A stretch of 64,000 nucleotides of DNA from Eledone cirrhosa (taxonomy: Eukaryota): the NCBI GenBank assembly GCA_964016885.1, contig OZ024741.1:321904001-321968000 (forward strand), in the 5' to 3' direction. The notes beneath the pieces were generated by a model. That model was given only the letters and a program-made list of their open reading frames with translations. It did no database searches and was not told the DNA's origin. The translations under genes were made by a program, and so were the position numbers. This document shows, one piece after another, positions 51,201 to 64,000 of this stretch; the first letter of the stretch is position 1, and every line of letters begins with the position of its first letter.

Positions 51201-53019
51201 ATCATCATCATCAACGTTTAACGTCCGTGTGCCACGCTTGCATGGGTTTGGACGGGGGTAGTCCCACTTGAGGCAAGAGTGATTGTCTTGCTCGCATAGG
51301 ACTGTCTGGCAGGTTTTCTACAGTTGGATGCCCTTCCTAACACCAACCACATTTACAGTGTGGGTCTGGGAGGTTTTTACCGTGTTGCCTACACGGCCAC
51401 ATTACAGCGTGGACTGTGTGTTTTTTTGTCGTGACACCTACACGATCTCATTTGTTTCGGCTTGGATCGTGTGGCACCAACACAACTTTACATAGAACGG
51501 GGTGGCGTGGATGGGGTGGTGGTGGTGGGACGGGGGGGGGGGGGGGTTATTTTGTTAGAGATGCCTACTGGCTGTAGTAGGTTTTACTATGTATTTAGGT
51601 AAGGCGGGTCTTCTCTGTTACTGAGTACCGCCAAAGGTCTCGGTCCAGTGACATTGTCTTGGAGAGGTGTAAGTGTGTGAGGTCGGAGTTTATCAGCTCG
51701 TCCCAGGTTTTTCTAGGTCTGCCTATTCCGTGGCTACCGTCTATCTTTATTGCCCTGCACTTTGTTATACAGCTATCGACTTTCATGCGCATCACGTGTC
51801 CATACCAACGTAGCCTTCTCTCGAGTAAACAACATCTGATCCCTCTTATTTCTAATTTTTTCCTTAGTTCGTTTATGCTTTGCCGTTCACGTATATTACT
51901 GTTACACATCCAGCGGAGCATGCAAGCTTCGTTCCTCTCTAGTCTGCGTATATCCTCTGCACACAATGCCCAGGTCTCACTGCCATGCAACATTGCTGTT
52001 CGTATGCAGGCATCGTACAACCTGCCTTTCATTTTTAGGGAGAACCCTTTAGCAGCTAATAGTGGTATAAGCTCTCTGAACTTTTTCCAACCAGTTCTGA
52101 CTCTAGCTACTGTACTTTCAGAGCACCCTCCCCCACTGCTGATTTTATCACTCAGGTAACGGAAACTGTCCACTATTTCTATAGAACCCTCTGCGCAATT
52201 GAAAGAGCTAGTATTTTGTGGGCACTTGCTGCTACTTATTGCACCAGAGCACCGGCCACATGTAAAATCTATGTTCTTAGTTAGCTTACCTGTGATCCCA
52301 CTACATCTTTTATGCACCCATACTTTGCATTTGGGACATAAAATGGAGTTTCTACCTACGCCTTTCCTACACACCGAGCACGACCATTTCCCAGAAGGGA
52401 CCGCCGCCTTATTTTCTTTCCTACAAACTAGAACTTTAGTCTTAGCCAGGTTAATTTTAAGGCCTTTTGATTCTAGGCCGTGCTTCCATGTTTGGAATTT
52501 CTTCTCTAGCTCGGCCATTGATTCCGCTATGAGTGTCAGGTCGTCTGCGTATAGGAGTTCCCATGGGCAGCCGGTCTTGAACTCCTCTGTTATAGCCTGA
52601 AGGGCAATAATAAATAGTAGGGGGCTGAGAACAGAGCCCTGATGGACGCCAACTTTTACGCTAAACTCTTCACTATATTCGTTGTTAATTCTAACCTTGC
52701 TGACTGTTTCTTTATACATGGCTTGTATAGCTCTCACAAGCCATTCGTCAACGCCTAGTTTTCTAAGAGCCCACCAGATAATGGAGCGGGGGACTCTGTC
52801 GAAGGCTTTCTCCAAGTCGACAAAAGCTAAGTAGAGGGGTTTACCTTTAGCTAGGTACTTCTCCTGTAGTTGTCGTACAATGAAAAGAGCGTCTGTGGTA
52901 CTTTTGCCTGACACAAACCCGAATGGCATTTCATCTAGGTCAATTCTCTCTCTGATTAGTTGTGCTATTACTTTTTCCGTGACCTTCATGACCTGGTCAA
53001 TTAATTTAATGCCTCTATA
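51201..53019 (-). mobile_element. 5'-truncated RTE LINE (copy 4) with RT frame open from the truncation point to the natural stop (51595)
   Basis: YRGIKLID...YADD...C4HC3 finger...KTRLT*; the N-terminal ~120 aa of the listed 595-aa ORF are microsatellite. Confidence 0.97.
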
Positions 53020-53186
53020 CACATACACATATATATATATATATACACACACATATAAATACACACATATATATATATACACATATATAAATACACACAC
53101 ACACACACATATATATATATACAGATATATAAATATATACATATATATATATATACATACATATATATACATATATATATACACAT

Positions 53187-53225
<39 letters not shown>

Positions 53226-53406
53226 TATATAAATTTATACATATATATATATATATACACACACGCATATATATACATATATATATACACACACATATAT
53301 ATACACACACACATATATATACACACACATAAATATATATACACATATATATATACATACACACACATAAATACACAAACACTCATACATATATATATAC
53401 ATACAT

Positions 53407-53449
<43 letters not shown>

Positions 53450-53780
53450 TGCATACACACATATATATATACATATATACATACACACATATATATATAC
53501 ATATATACATACACACATATATACATACACACATACATACACACATATATACATACACACATATATATATACATACACACATATATATATACATATATAC
53601 ATACACACATATATATATACATATATACATACACACATATATATATATACATATATACATACACACACATATATATATACATATATACATACACACACAT
53701 ATATATATACATATATACATACACACACATATATATATACATATATACATACACACACATATATATATACATATATACAT

Positions 53781-53811
<31 letters not shown>

Positions 53812-53860
53812 CATATATACATACACATATATATATATATATACATATATACATACACAC

Positions 53861-53921
<61 letters not shown>

Positions 53922-54117
53922 TATATATATATACATATATACATACACACATATATACATACACACATATATACATACACACATAAATACATACGCACAT
54001 ATATATATACATACGCATACATATATATATATATACATACACATATATATACATACACACATATATATATATATACATACACATATATATACATACACAC
54101 ATATATATTTATTATAT
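53020..54117. repeat. About 1.1-kb TA/CA compound microsatellite
   Basis: Direct inspection. Confidence 0.97.
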
Positions 54118-54118
54118 A

Positions 54119-55340
54119 CTAGCTGGCCCGTCCGGCTGGCGACAGGCTAGTTATACCGGCATTTTATCTTTTCGGGAATCCCTCCTACACTCCAGTGCAA
54201 AGATACCGCACGCCCTCTCAAGTCAGCGAGGGTGGGGAGGAGGTGGGGGGAGGGGGGCGTAACGTGCTCTGATGTTGGGTTTGAATAGTTTTTAGGATTC
54301 CCCAGTTCAGCAGCCAGTACGTTAAAGATAATTGATAGTTACACTGAACAGAGAACACATTTTTTAACAAACAATAATTTGTACAACCATAATGGAAATT
54401 CCAAGTAACAGAAAATATTTAAATTACATTGTTAGAGCCTCAGAGCATACACTATTTTTTGTTCGGCCTTCCGGAGCAAAGATGAAGAGATTGTTTGGCG
54501 AGTTCACCCCCAGAGCATCCTACATACAATTGACCATGGGATAATCACTGATTTCGTAGCTCGCGGAGAAGCTCTGTAGACGTTGACCTCTGGACACTCC
54601 TGTCAGGAGCAGGTAAGCTGTAGTGACTTAGAGGCCTACCACCAATCTCCAGGACACTGTTTTCAAGACAAATGAGTGCATCATTGAAAACGACATCTTA
54701 TGTTACGTTTGGATTGTGTCTGCGTGTGCGGTGGAGGATGTCCTCAGCTAGACTTTCACGGTGGTTGTTCCACAATGCGAGAGGGCGGGCGAGATCGCAG
54801 TTGTGTAGCATAATAGCAAAACGTTTTCGCAGCTGAGAAGGGACTTTAGCAGTTGCTGCTTCTTGCAAGGTGAAGTGCCAATGGCTGTCATCGTTTAAAC
54901 ATACCACGCATTTGGCAAGCCAAACGGTAAGTGGAACATTGATGGCCATTGATGGTTCTCAGATCTTGGAAAGACTGGTCCTCTAACCTCGAACTGTAAC
55001 AATGACGATAAGCCGTCTGTGCTTTCGTGAAATAAATAGGTTTTTGTATTTGTGTATGAAAAAAATATGTGTACACGAATATATATATATTAAAATTACA
55101 GATTATAGTTTAAGCAAATAATCGTTGCTTTCACCCTTAACGGGATCTTCTGAAACTAAAAAAATCCGTCTGTCAACACAGAAGTAAATATTTCGAAAAA
55201 CGTTATCTAATACAGACAGACATACAGAGACATATTATAAGGGTGCTACGTTATAGCTATGCAGACTAAGAAAAAGAGGGGAATGTTGTGCGACGTCATA
55301 AGAAAAAGTGAGGAATGACGTATAACCGGAAGTGTTGACA
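54119..55340 (-). mobile_element. Internally deleted Helitron with RepHel fragments; 5' end not visible
   Basis: 3' hairpin GCCTGTC/GACGGGC plus CTAG (54119-54122); SFQDLRTING...TYRLAC, DDSHWHFTLQEA...QLRKRFAIML..C...PLALW...LAEDI, and C-terminal SHGQLYVGCS...EGRTKN. Confidence 0.92.
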
Positions 55341-55872
55341 TTTGCAATTTTAAAGAAGTGAATAATTAAATAATTGTTTCTACTTTTGGCACAAGGCCAG
55401 CAATTCACCAGTGAATTACTGGTACTTTATTTTATCGATTCCTAATGGCACATTGTGTCCTTGAGCAAAACACTTTACTTCACATTGACCCAGTCTATTC
55501 AGCTGGAAAAAATTAATTGTATTCATAATTCAAATAAGACCAGCCTTCACATGCTGTGTCATGCTGAATCTTCTTGAGAACTATGTTAAAAGTGCATGTG
55601 TCTGTAGAATGCTCAGCCACTTGAATTTTAATTTCATAAGCAGGCTGTTCCATTATCCAAACAATTGGAACACTCATTGTTGAAACCAATGGAGATCTAA
55701 CACACAGACATAATTTTATTTAACTGGTATCTGTTTGATGAATCATTTTGAAACTTTTCACAACTCTAAACAGTACCAGCATCTAGGGATTTAGAGCCGG
55801 AGCTTAGCTCTACAATGTACTCCCTCTTATCATAGTGATGCATCCTATTTTCCCACATAGAATAATTTCAAC

Positions 55873-56088
55873 TTAAACCATTAACATTTAAACCGGCTGT
55901 ATCCGGTCAGAATTCTCTCACCTCTTTCTGTTCAAACTGGCCATAACTAGCAACTCATACTGATGTTAAGGTATTGTTCTCAAAATAAATAATATCAAAA
56001 TCTCATAGATTCGATATTACGTGAGATAAAGCCTTTATCATGAAAATACAATAGTGAATACAGAGTAATGTAAATGCTAAAGGGTTAA
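55873..56088 (+). mobile_element. piggyBac-type MITE family A
   Basis: TTAA ends; body matches 14091-14317. Confidence 0.87.
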
Positions 56089-56442
56089 ATGTCCAAACCT
56101 GTTAGCAGAGAAAGTAGACATTAAACGATGATGATGAAAAGTTTGAGCAGCTGATAAACATAGTCTTTGACAATTCTTGCTCTGACCAAACTAAGGAAAG
56201 GACCAAATCTGCATTTTCCACTTAACATTTCCTCATAGCAAATCATGTACTCAGTCATAGCACCTTACAGCCCTCTCCACCGCCCTGGATATTTCCACAA
56301 TGCTGTTATGTGATAAAGATATTTATTGATCACAAGGAATTATTATATATTTAATCATCATCATCATCGTCGTTTAACATCTATCTTCCACGCTAGCATG
56401 GGTTTATGAAAATATTATTCTTATATTTAATGGATAATCAAA

Positions 56443-56653
56443 GGGCGGTGGATTGGCAGTATCGGTAGAGGGTCGGACGCCATGCTTTGCAGCATAGAGT
56501 TACGGCCCTTTATGATCTGAGTTCAAATCCCGCCGAGGTTAACTTTCATCCTTACGGGGACGATAAAATAAAGTACCAGTCACGCACTGGGGTCGATTTA
56601 ATCGACTTTCCCCCTCCCTCCAAATTGCTGGCCTTGTGCCTATATAAGAAACC
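56443..56653 (+). mobile_element. Reference young SINE family A (long-tail)
   Basis: Box A TGGCAGTATCGG at 56454, box B GAGTTCAAATCC at 56519, hairpin GTCGATTTAATCGAC; 19-bp TSD ATATTTA(A/G)TGGATAATCAA at 56423 and 56654. From memory the core resembles the Meta/MESC SINE domain (unverified). Confidence 0.93.
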
Positions 56654-56949
56654 ATATTTAGTGGATAATCAACATAAACTATAGGGTTTCTCTTATGCAA
56701 ATCGTTAATTTATCAAAATGCAAATTTCCCACAGCATATGATTGGTCATATAATCCTGGTATACATGGCATACCAATCCTGGACTCCAAAAATTAAATAC
56801 ACTCTAAGCTATTGACGTCACGGGTTCACTAGTTCTAACTCTGTCCATTTTTTTTTAAAGATATCTTTTGCCCCACCCTCTAAATTATCTTACTCTCCAT
56901 CACTGCCATCCACTCAACTCCTCACTTTCTCCCTTGCCACAGTATTTCC

Positions 56950-57345
56950 TTATCTCTCCTTTCTACAACTACCCCTTCTCTCTTTCCCCTCTACCACTCT
57001 CCTTCTACAACTACCCCCTCTCTCTTTCCCCTCTACCACTCTCCTTCTACAACCACCCCCTCTCTCTTTCCCCTCTACCACTCTCCTTCTACAACCACCC
57101 CCTCTCTCTTTCCCCTCTACCACTCTCCTTCTACAACCACCCCCTCTCTCTTTCTCCTCTACCACTCTCCTTCTACAACCACCCCCTCTCTCTTTCCCCT
57201 CTACCACTATCCTCTCTCCCTTCTACAACCACCCCCTCTCTTTCCTCTCTACCACTACCCTCTCTCCCTTCTACAACCACCCCCTCTCTCCTATCTACAA
57301 CCATTCCCCTTCCCCACTATCCTCTCCCTTTCTCCCCCACACACT
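56950..57345. repeat. 42-bp pyrimidine-rich minisatellite
   Basis: CCACTCTCCTTCTACAACCACCCCCTCTCTCTTTCCCCTCTA, about 6 copies. Confidence 0.93.
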
Positions 57346-57783
57346 ACCACTTACTAGAACTATCCATTGCACTTCAAACACTTTCTTTGTAACATCAACA
57401 ATACCGTTTACTGTGGTTGATATTGTTGTTATGCTGATTGTTGTTGTTATTCATGTTGGTGATGTTTATTCTCTTACGTCATTTGCCCATGTGTACATAT
57501 ATGTATGTGTGTGTACATCTGTGTGTGTGTGTGTTTACCTCCATCCCCTCAGTTTAGTCGCAACCCTGTCCCCACTAATACTCACATCTCTCTGTCTTTC
57601 CTCTTCTCTTTCTTCATAGGTTCACTTTCACTCCTACCATCTTACTCTCTTACTAAACTATACTCACACTATCTCCCTTACTCTATACCATAATTTTATT
57701 ATCATATTTCTGTGTGTTTAACACAACTGATAACCAGATCTTTTTCATCTCCAACTGTAATTGTTTACTCTGTGTGTGTGTAT

Positions 57784-57815
<32 letters not shown>

Positions 57816-58264
57816 GCTCAGGCGTACATCCATACATATATAGCGATTCTTGTAAACTATAAAAACGACGTATACACACATAAATATAATTATTTTAACA
57901 TTTCACACTATATAGACACACACATACAAACATATACTCATCTGGTATACATACACATAATCGTATTTTATAAGCATATTTCACACCATATGCACACACA
58001 TACCTCTTACACAAAAAACATACATAAACATATATATAAACACATACACATATTTATGTATTATATAAACATAGATTTTATATGGAGAAAACAAGGGATG
58101 GGCTGAAATTTAATTTAGAATAATCACTAAGATTCAATGAGACTAGCAATGGCTTATGTTTGTATCAGAAAGACGAAGCATTTAAGTGGAAAGTTAGAGA
58201 ATGAGGAGAGGTTTTGGTGGTGTACACTATTGATTAGTGTATGGTATTTACCAGAGGAGACCCC

Positions 58265-59110
58265 CATCATCATTATTATTATTATTATTATCACCATCAT
58301 CATAGTCTGCTTACCATGCTGGCATGGGCTAGACAGGTTGTTACAGCCAGCAACTAGACAGATCAGTGAGGATTTATATTACATATTTGGTATGGTTTCT
58401 CCAGCTGTTTGTCCTTCTTGGCATCAGCCTCTCTACAGTATGTACTGGGTACATTTTATAATGGCTCCAGCACTACAACTGTACAGAGTGTACTGGGAGC
58501 GTTTTATCGTGGTACAGAATATACAGGGTGCATTTTATTGTGGCATCAGCACTACCACTTTACAGAATGCACTGGCATGTACTTATCATGGCACTAACAC
58601 TTTACAGAGTGTACTGCATGCATTTTATTGTAGTACTAGCTCTATCTAAAATAATACTGAATTACAAAAAACGAAATTGATTATAATAAGCAATTTTTTT
58701 CCCTTTTACTGTTTAGGGAAGGGCAGTATCCCTATCCCTTTTTCAGGGACCTCGAGACTGGTAAGAAGAAGGGATATATACTCAAACTTAAGACCAGTCT
58801 AAATGGGTTTTTATTGTCTAAGACAATTCTTATCCAGAGTTACTACCCTCATAGACAAGCCAGGGGCATCACATCTCACTAATATTTTCCAATGTTTGGT
58901 ATGGCTGTTCACTATGTTAAGGAGCCCTTAACATAGTATACAGGATGCAGTTTCTGATGGCACCAGCATTACCACATTACAGAGTGTGCAGGGCGCATTT
59001 TCTCATGGCACCAGCATAATCATATTACAGAGTGTGCAGAGCGTATTTTCTCATGGTACTGGCACTACCACTTTACAGAGTGTACAAGGTGCATTTTCTT
59101 ATAGCCCCAG
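58265..59110 (-). mobile_element. Old RTE 3' UTR-derived sequence with internal ~45-bp tandem units (58265-58640 and 58950-59110)
   Basis: CCATGCTGGCATGGG end motif; repeated TTACAGAGTGT...GCATTTT..ATGGCACCAGCA. Confidence 0.55.
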
Positions 59111-59802
59111 CATATCTATATCTAATCTTTCTAACCTTCCTTTTTTTTAAATGAAATTTTAATGTTATTTTTCAATTCATTGAATCAACAAGAAGAATCC
59201 AATCCAAAGATGATAAAACAAACAAGGAACTCATGGTTTGGATTGTTCCACATATTAACTAGAGTTTATTTCAGAGGTTCAGACACAGGCATAGGAATGG
59301 CTGTGTGGTTAAGGAGTTTACTTCACAATCACATGGTTTCAGATTCAGTACCCACAGTGTAGCACATTGGGCAAGTGTCTTCTACTATTTGTTGACAAAT
59401 GTCATTCATATATATATATATATGTGTGTGTGTGAGAGTATGCTTATGTTTACCATTTCTTTATATCCTGTAGCTAAGTAGTGTGACTAAAATTGATCAA
59501 GAAGAAAAGTTTCAGACTTGAAAAAAAAAGTACTAGGGTTGGTATGATTGACTAAATCACTTCAAGGTGGTGTCCTAGCATGGTTGGAGTAAAAGAATTA
59601 AAGAATATATGAATCGAATTAGTTAACAATGTGAATAAACAATCTTAGTCTGCACTATGAGAAGGGTCCTTGCTTGGAAAATATCGGAACTTTCACCTTT
59701 CGTTATAGTGCATGTCAACTTGAATGTACAAATAGTATTTGTTGTATTTAACTGTTCAACTTATAAAGCTTTGTGTAGTGGCATTGTACTTGTGTGTACA
59801 CA

Positions 59803-59877
<75 letters not shown>

Positions 59878-60869
59878 CTAGAGCCATGACAATTACTGTA
59901 TCATTACAACAAACTAGGTGGTTTGAAAACCAGGCAGGTGATTGCCACATAAAGCACACTTCTCAGATAAGGTGTAGAGAAATTGTTATAGAAGGCACAT
60001 GTAATAAACTAGGTATTAATATATCGTTAACAAGTAAACAAACTGTCTAGCATAAGTAATTAAGAAAATCACCCCCACTTCTTGTGTAGCAGGTGATAAT
60101 TAGGTAAACCACTCCAGGTAAGAAAGTATCTATCTCACACAAGTAATTAGGAAAACCACCTCAGGTAAGCAAGGTATCTATGAAAGTTAATTAAGAAAAG
60201 CCCACCAAGGCAACTAAGGCCTCTATTACTGTTGATTATGTTATTTACCTCAGGTAAAAACTACATCTACCATAGGTGGTCAAGTTATTGACCACAGCTA
60301 ACCAATAAATCTACCCCAACTAAACACTGTTTCCAACTAACATGTAATCTTAGTGACCTTCCTTTATATATTTAATGCAGTCTTTTTTTTTTACTGGTTT
60401 CAACAATTAGACTGAGGCCATACTGGGGCACCATCATTTTTAGTTGATAATATCAACCCCAATGCTTATTTTTCAAGCTTCTAAGTTACAGTACATAAAC
60501 ACAGATACAAAGATAAACAAAGTCATGGACACACATACATGCATATATGTGTGTGTATGTATATATATATAGGCGTCAGTGTACCAAATTCTACTCACAA
60601 GGCACTGCTCAATTCAAGGCTATAGTAGAAGACCCTTGTTCAAGGGACAACACAGTGGGACTGAACCCAGAACCATGAGGTGGCAAAGCAACTCCTCAAC
60701 CACACAACCATGCCTATGTGCCTATGTCTAGAGAAAAGATTGAATGGTTACAACTGGAACGTATTTGGTCATAATGTCTGCTCAATCAGAGCTGACCTAG
60801 GGCTAAACAACAATCTATAATCATCATTCTAATCTGCAAGCCATGTGCTAAGTATTAATCACAGAAAGT

Positions 60870-61865
60870 ATTGATTTCTGACATTAAGGCCACAAATGTG
60901 TAGGTAGAAGTGAGGGGGGGGGGTGTCATAGTTGATTGAATTGCCTCCTTACACTATTTAACTAATACATATTTTATCAACCCTGAAAGGATGAAAAGCA
61001 AACAGTTAGCCTCAGTGGGATTTGAACTTAAAGCATAAAGAGATGTAACTAAGCGCCATAAAACATGGCATGCTATTGATTCTGCCACTCCCTCTCTCAA
61101 AACACAAAATATTACTGTAGCTAAGCCAAACATTGGATGAAATTAGCAAGTCTCATGAATATATATATGGTATGGCTGTAGTTAAGAGGTTTACTTTGCA
61201 ACCACATGGTTTTGAGTCCAGTCCCACTGCATAACAACTTGTGCAAGTGTCTTCTACTATAACCTCATGTTAACCAATGCCTTGTGAATAGAATTTAGTA
61301 GATGGAAACTGTGTGGAAACTTATTGAATGTATGTGTGTGTGTGTGTGAATGTATGTGTGCATGTGTGTTTGTGTGTGTATTTGCATCATTGTTTACACT
61401 TTTTATATGTGTTTGTATTGTAACTTAGTGGTTCAACAAAATAAAATAAGTAGTGTCTCCTCGTTTAAATATCATTGACTACATCCCTGCATAGAAGCAG
61501 GCTAGTGACTGAAACAAGGAATAAAAGGATACATACATATATGTGTGTAAATATGCATGATGCATGATACTGTAACTCCTGATGGAGTTGTAGGGGCACC
61601 GTAATGGCGTTTCTAGAGCATTTTAAAGCCTGGCAGAGTCCATCCCTCTCCAGGTCTGAATAAGCAGATTTCTTCCAGAGAAGGGTAGAAAGTAAGATAT
61701 ACAGAGGAAATCTCAATCCAAGTACTAAACTGGTACTTTTTTTATCAACCTCATAACGATGAAAGACAAAGTTGACTTTGAAGGATTTGAACTCAGAGAG
61801 CAGAAAGTTGGAATGAATACAGCAAAGTATTCTATCCAACATTCTGATGACTATTATTTCACCAC
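60870..61865. mobile_element. Degenerate SINEs: A (60870-61090, -), B (61170-61330, +), A/tail C (61565-61865, -)
   Basis: Core and box B matches. Confidence 0.65.
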
Positions 61866-61947
61866 CTGTGCATTTATATACAGACACACAAACACATACA
61901 CTTTATATGTTGTTACTGTGCCACATGCACATGTTTATAGTCTATAG

Positions 61948-62145
61948 CAACATTTCTCATCTTTTTACTCTTGTGGAACCCTTGAAATAGTTTTCATATC
62001 CCAGGGAAGCCCTGCATAAAAACATTATTATATACCATTATTAATATCTGAATGTATTAGCTTATTTATCACTGTTTCTCATGGAACTCCTAGCAACTTC
62101 TTGCAGAAACATTGTGTTCTGGGGAACACCAGTTGAGAAACGCTG
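61948..62145. mobile_element. hAT (Charlie-like) MITE
   Basis: TIRs CAACATTTCTCATC / GTTGAGAAACGCTG; 8-bp TSD GTCTATAG / GTCTAGAG. Confidence 0.8.
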
Positions 62146-62440
62146 GTCTAGAGCATAGATTTTCAAATGGGTACCATATAAATACCCCAAGGTGCTATGG
62201 CACTTTTAGAGAGCACATAAAAAAGATTGAACATTTGGGGTTCCCAGATATTTCTGGGGAGGCCATCTCAAAATCATAAATTTTACAATAGTTTACTATG
62301 ATGTGAGCTGGTTACTAAAACATGAATTGCTCATAAAAGGGATTACTATATACAATAATGACAGGAGTTTTAACTATTACCCACAAAATTTGACTTTCCC
62401 TTCGACCATATAGACACTAATCTATCCAAAAGTTACCCTA

Positions 62441-62923
62441 TTAACCCTCTTATGACTGCATTTTTATTGAAATACATTCTATTGAAATTATTGAAGAATT
62501 TTGAGAAATTTACTAAAATTGTTGATTATTTGATTACTAAAGTATTAACTTAACATATGGTTGTTGCATAAATAAAATTTTGTTGGAAGATTTTTTATTT
62601 AAATAGGAACCTTTTAAAATGGGTGGTTTTGTTTCATGAAACAAGAGCTGGTGTTGGTATCAAAAGGGTTAATATGTTCTAATTTAAATTCAAATCTCAT
62701 TATTATATGTAATGCACTGGGTAATTGCTGGCCTTGTGCCTAACGTAGAAACAATTATTATATGACAGATAATATTAGATTTCACTAGTTAAATATTTGT
62801 TTTTTATTATTAAGTTGAAAGTTAGTTATTTCTCTAAATTTCTCATAATTCTTGATTATTCATGAAATTAAAATACTAAAGTAGAATCTATTTTTGTTAG
62901 AAATATGGTTATGAAAGGGTTAA
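62441..62923. mobile_element. Two adjacent piggyBac-type family B MITEs (62441-62672; partial 62673-62923 with a SINE 3' stub at 62710-62753)
   Basis: TTAACCC...AAAAGGGTTAA termini; the stub is flanked by an ATTATTATATG duplication (62699 and 62754). Confidence 0.72.
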
Positions 62924-62979
62924 ATTCATTAAAATCAGCTGATCCATCATTTTCAGTAGTTGACATGCCAGACTAATGT

Positions 62980-63017
<38 letters not shown>

Positions 63018-63769
63018 CTACTTGTAGTGATGTCTTCTACTAAACTGTTGCCTGCTACTTAATTTTTTTTTGTAAAGATGTTTGAAATACATGTCAATAA
63101 AGTACCTGTTCTACAATTTAAACTGATTCAACAAATATATTATTTCTAGACAAAAGAAATTAAAATCAACAGATATTATTTTTAGATAGAAGAAATTAAA
63201 TGATTTGCTCCTGAGGTAGACTGATTGGAACAATAGACTGCTCCAATTTAAAAGAGATAACTGTCTTGGGAGCTGTTTTTACAGGCGGCTTTAACTTATC
63301 ACTAGAGAGCTGATCAACACTTACCAATATGGCACTCCAGTGCAGTACAACATTTCTTGCCTCACTAACAGTTGTGCCATCACACCACAGTATATGAACT
63401 AACAGGGTAATACTTTCACCATTCAGTCAACTGGGACAATGAGTTGAATTACACCTAGTGTTCTGCATACTATAGAGCATTCTCCCATATTGTACTGGCA
63501 AGTATCACTGGGGTAGAGATTGAATATCAATTTAACCAAAGTCAGAAATTTGATTATTATGTTCTGCTAGTCATTACTTCACTACACCAAACTTTTAAAA
63601 CTCTATCAAAGAGTCTATGGCCACAATAATATTGATATCTTCACTACCTACATGTTTTTACCCAGTATATTTCAATATAATATTTCAGGGCTATTACCCT
63701 CTTTTCAAATGTAAAAAGGAAGACTGTTCAAAATAAAACGGTTTTCATTGGTCTACCTCTACTGCGGTT

Positions 63770-64000
63770 TTCTTCTACTGGGATTTTCTGGCACTTCTTC
63801 ACCCAGCAATCATCATTCATGCACGTCACATGTCCTTACCAATGCAATGTTTTCTCTTAAATCCAACTTCCCTTTCAGTTCATCCAAGGTCTATCATTCC
63901 CTTACATGAACATTGTACATCCAATGAAGCATGCTTGCTTCATTTTTCTCCAACCAACACATATCCTCTGCAGTCACTGTTCATGTTTCACTACCAGGCA
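63770..64000 (-). mobile_element. Old degenerate RTE C-terminal fragment running off the window
   Basis: Reverse complement resembles the GSET...LEKNEASML...GHV..M blocks. Confidence 0.7.

Noticed and set aside
53020-53382. N-terminal extension of the 595-aa RT ORF as a fusion protein
   Set aside because: It is flanking microsatellite that happens to be in frame with the truncated LINE.
56443-56535. tRNA gene
   Set aside because: Box A and box B are present, but there is no clean cloverleaf, and the sequence continues into a SINE core and tail with a TSD.

Overview
Eukaryotic, AT-rich window with no recognisable host gene, made up almost entirely of repeats. The repeat repertoire (tRNA-derived SINEs, RTE LINEs with (GAT)n tails, very long TA/CA/GA and trinucleotide arrays) looks like an octopus-type cephalopod genome; that assignment is inferred. 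I found no host protein-coding exon, rRNA, true tRNA or CRISPR array, and nearly all long ORFs in the track are translations of microsatellites. Real coding material is transposon-derived: (1) a near-full-length RTE-clade LINE at 28005-31674 with APE endonuclease and reverse transcriptase, two nonsense codons and no frameshift, plus three young 5'-truncated copies and many older fragments; (2) RepHel fragments in a Helitron; (3) a CRE-type restriction-like endonuclease fragment; (4) a decayed mariner. About 30 copies of one tRNA-derived SINE, piggyBac/hAT/Tc1-type MITEs and hammerhead-like (Penelope-type) motifs are also present. The most notable observations are: SINEs stacked serially at one target site, with the empty site visible elsewhere in the window; a dimeric SINE that moves as a unit; a C4HC3 PHD-type finger inserted inside the LINE RT domain; apparent (TA)n targeting by that LINE; and a perfect 27-bp fold-back covering a hammerhead-like core. 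Coordinates of degenerate elements are approximate.
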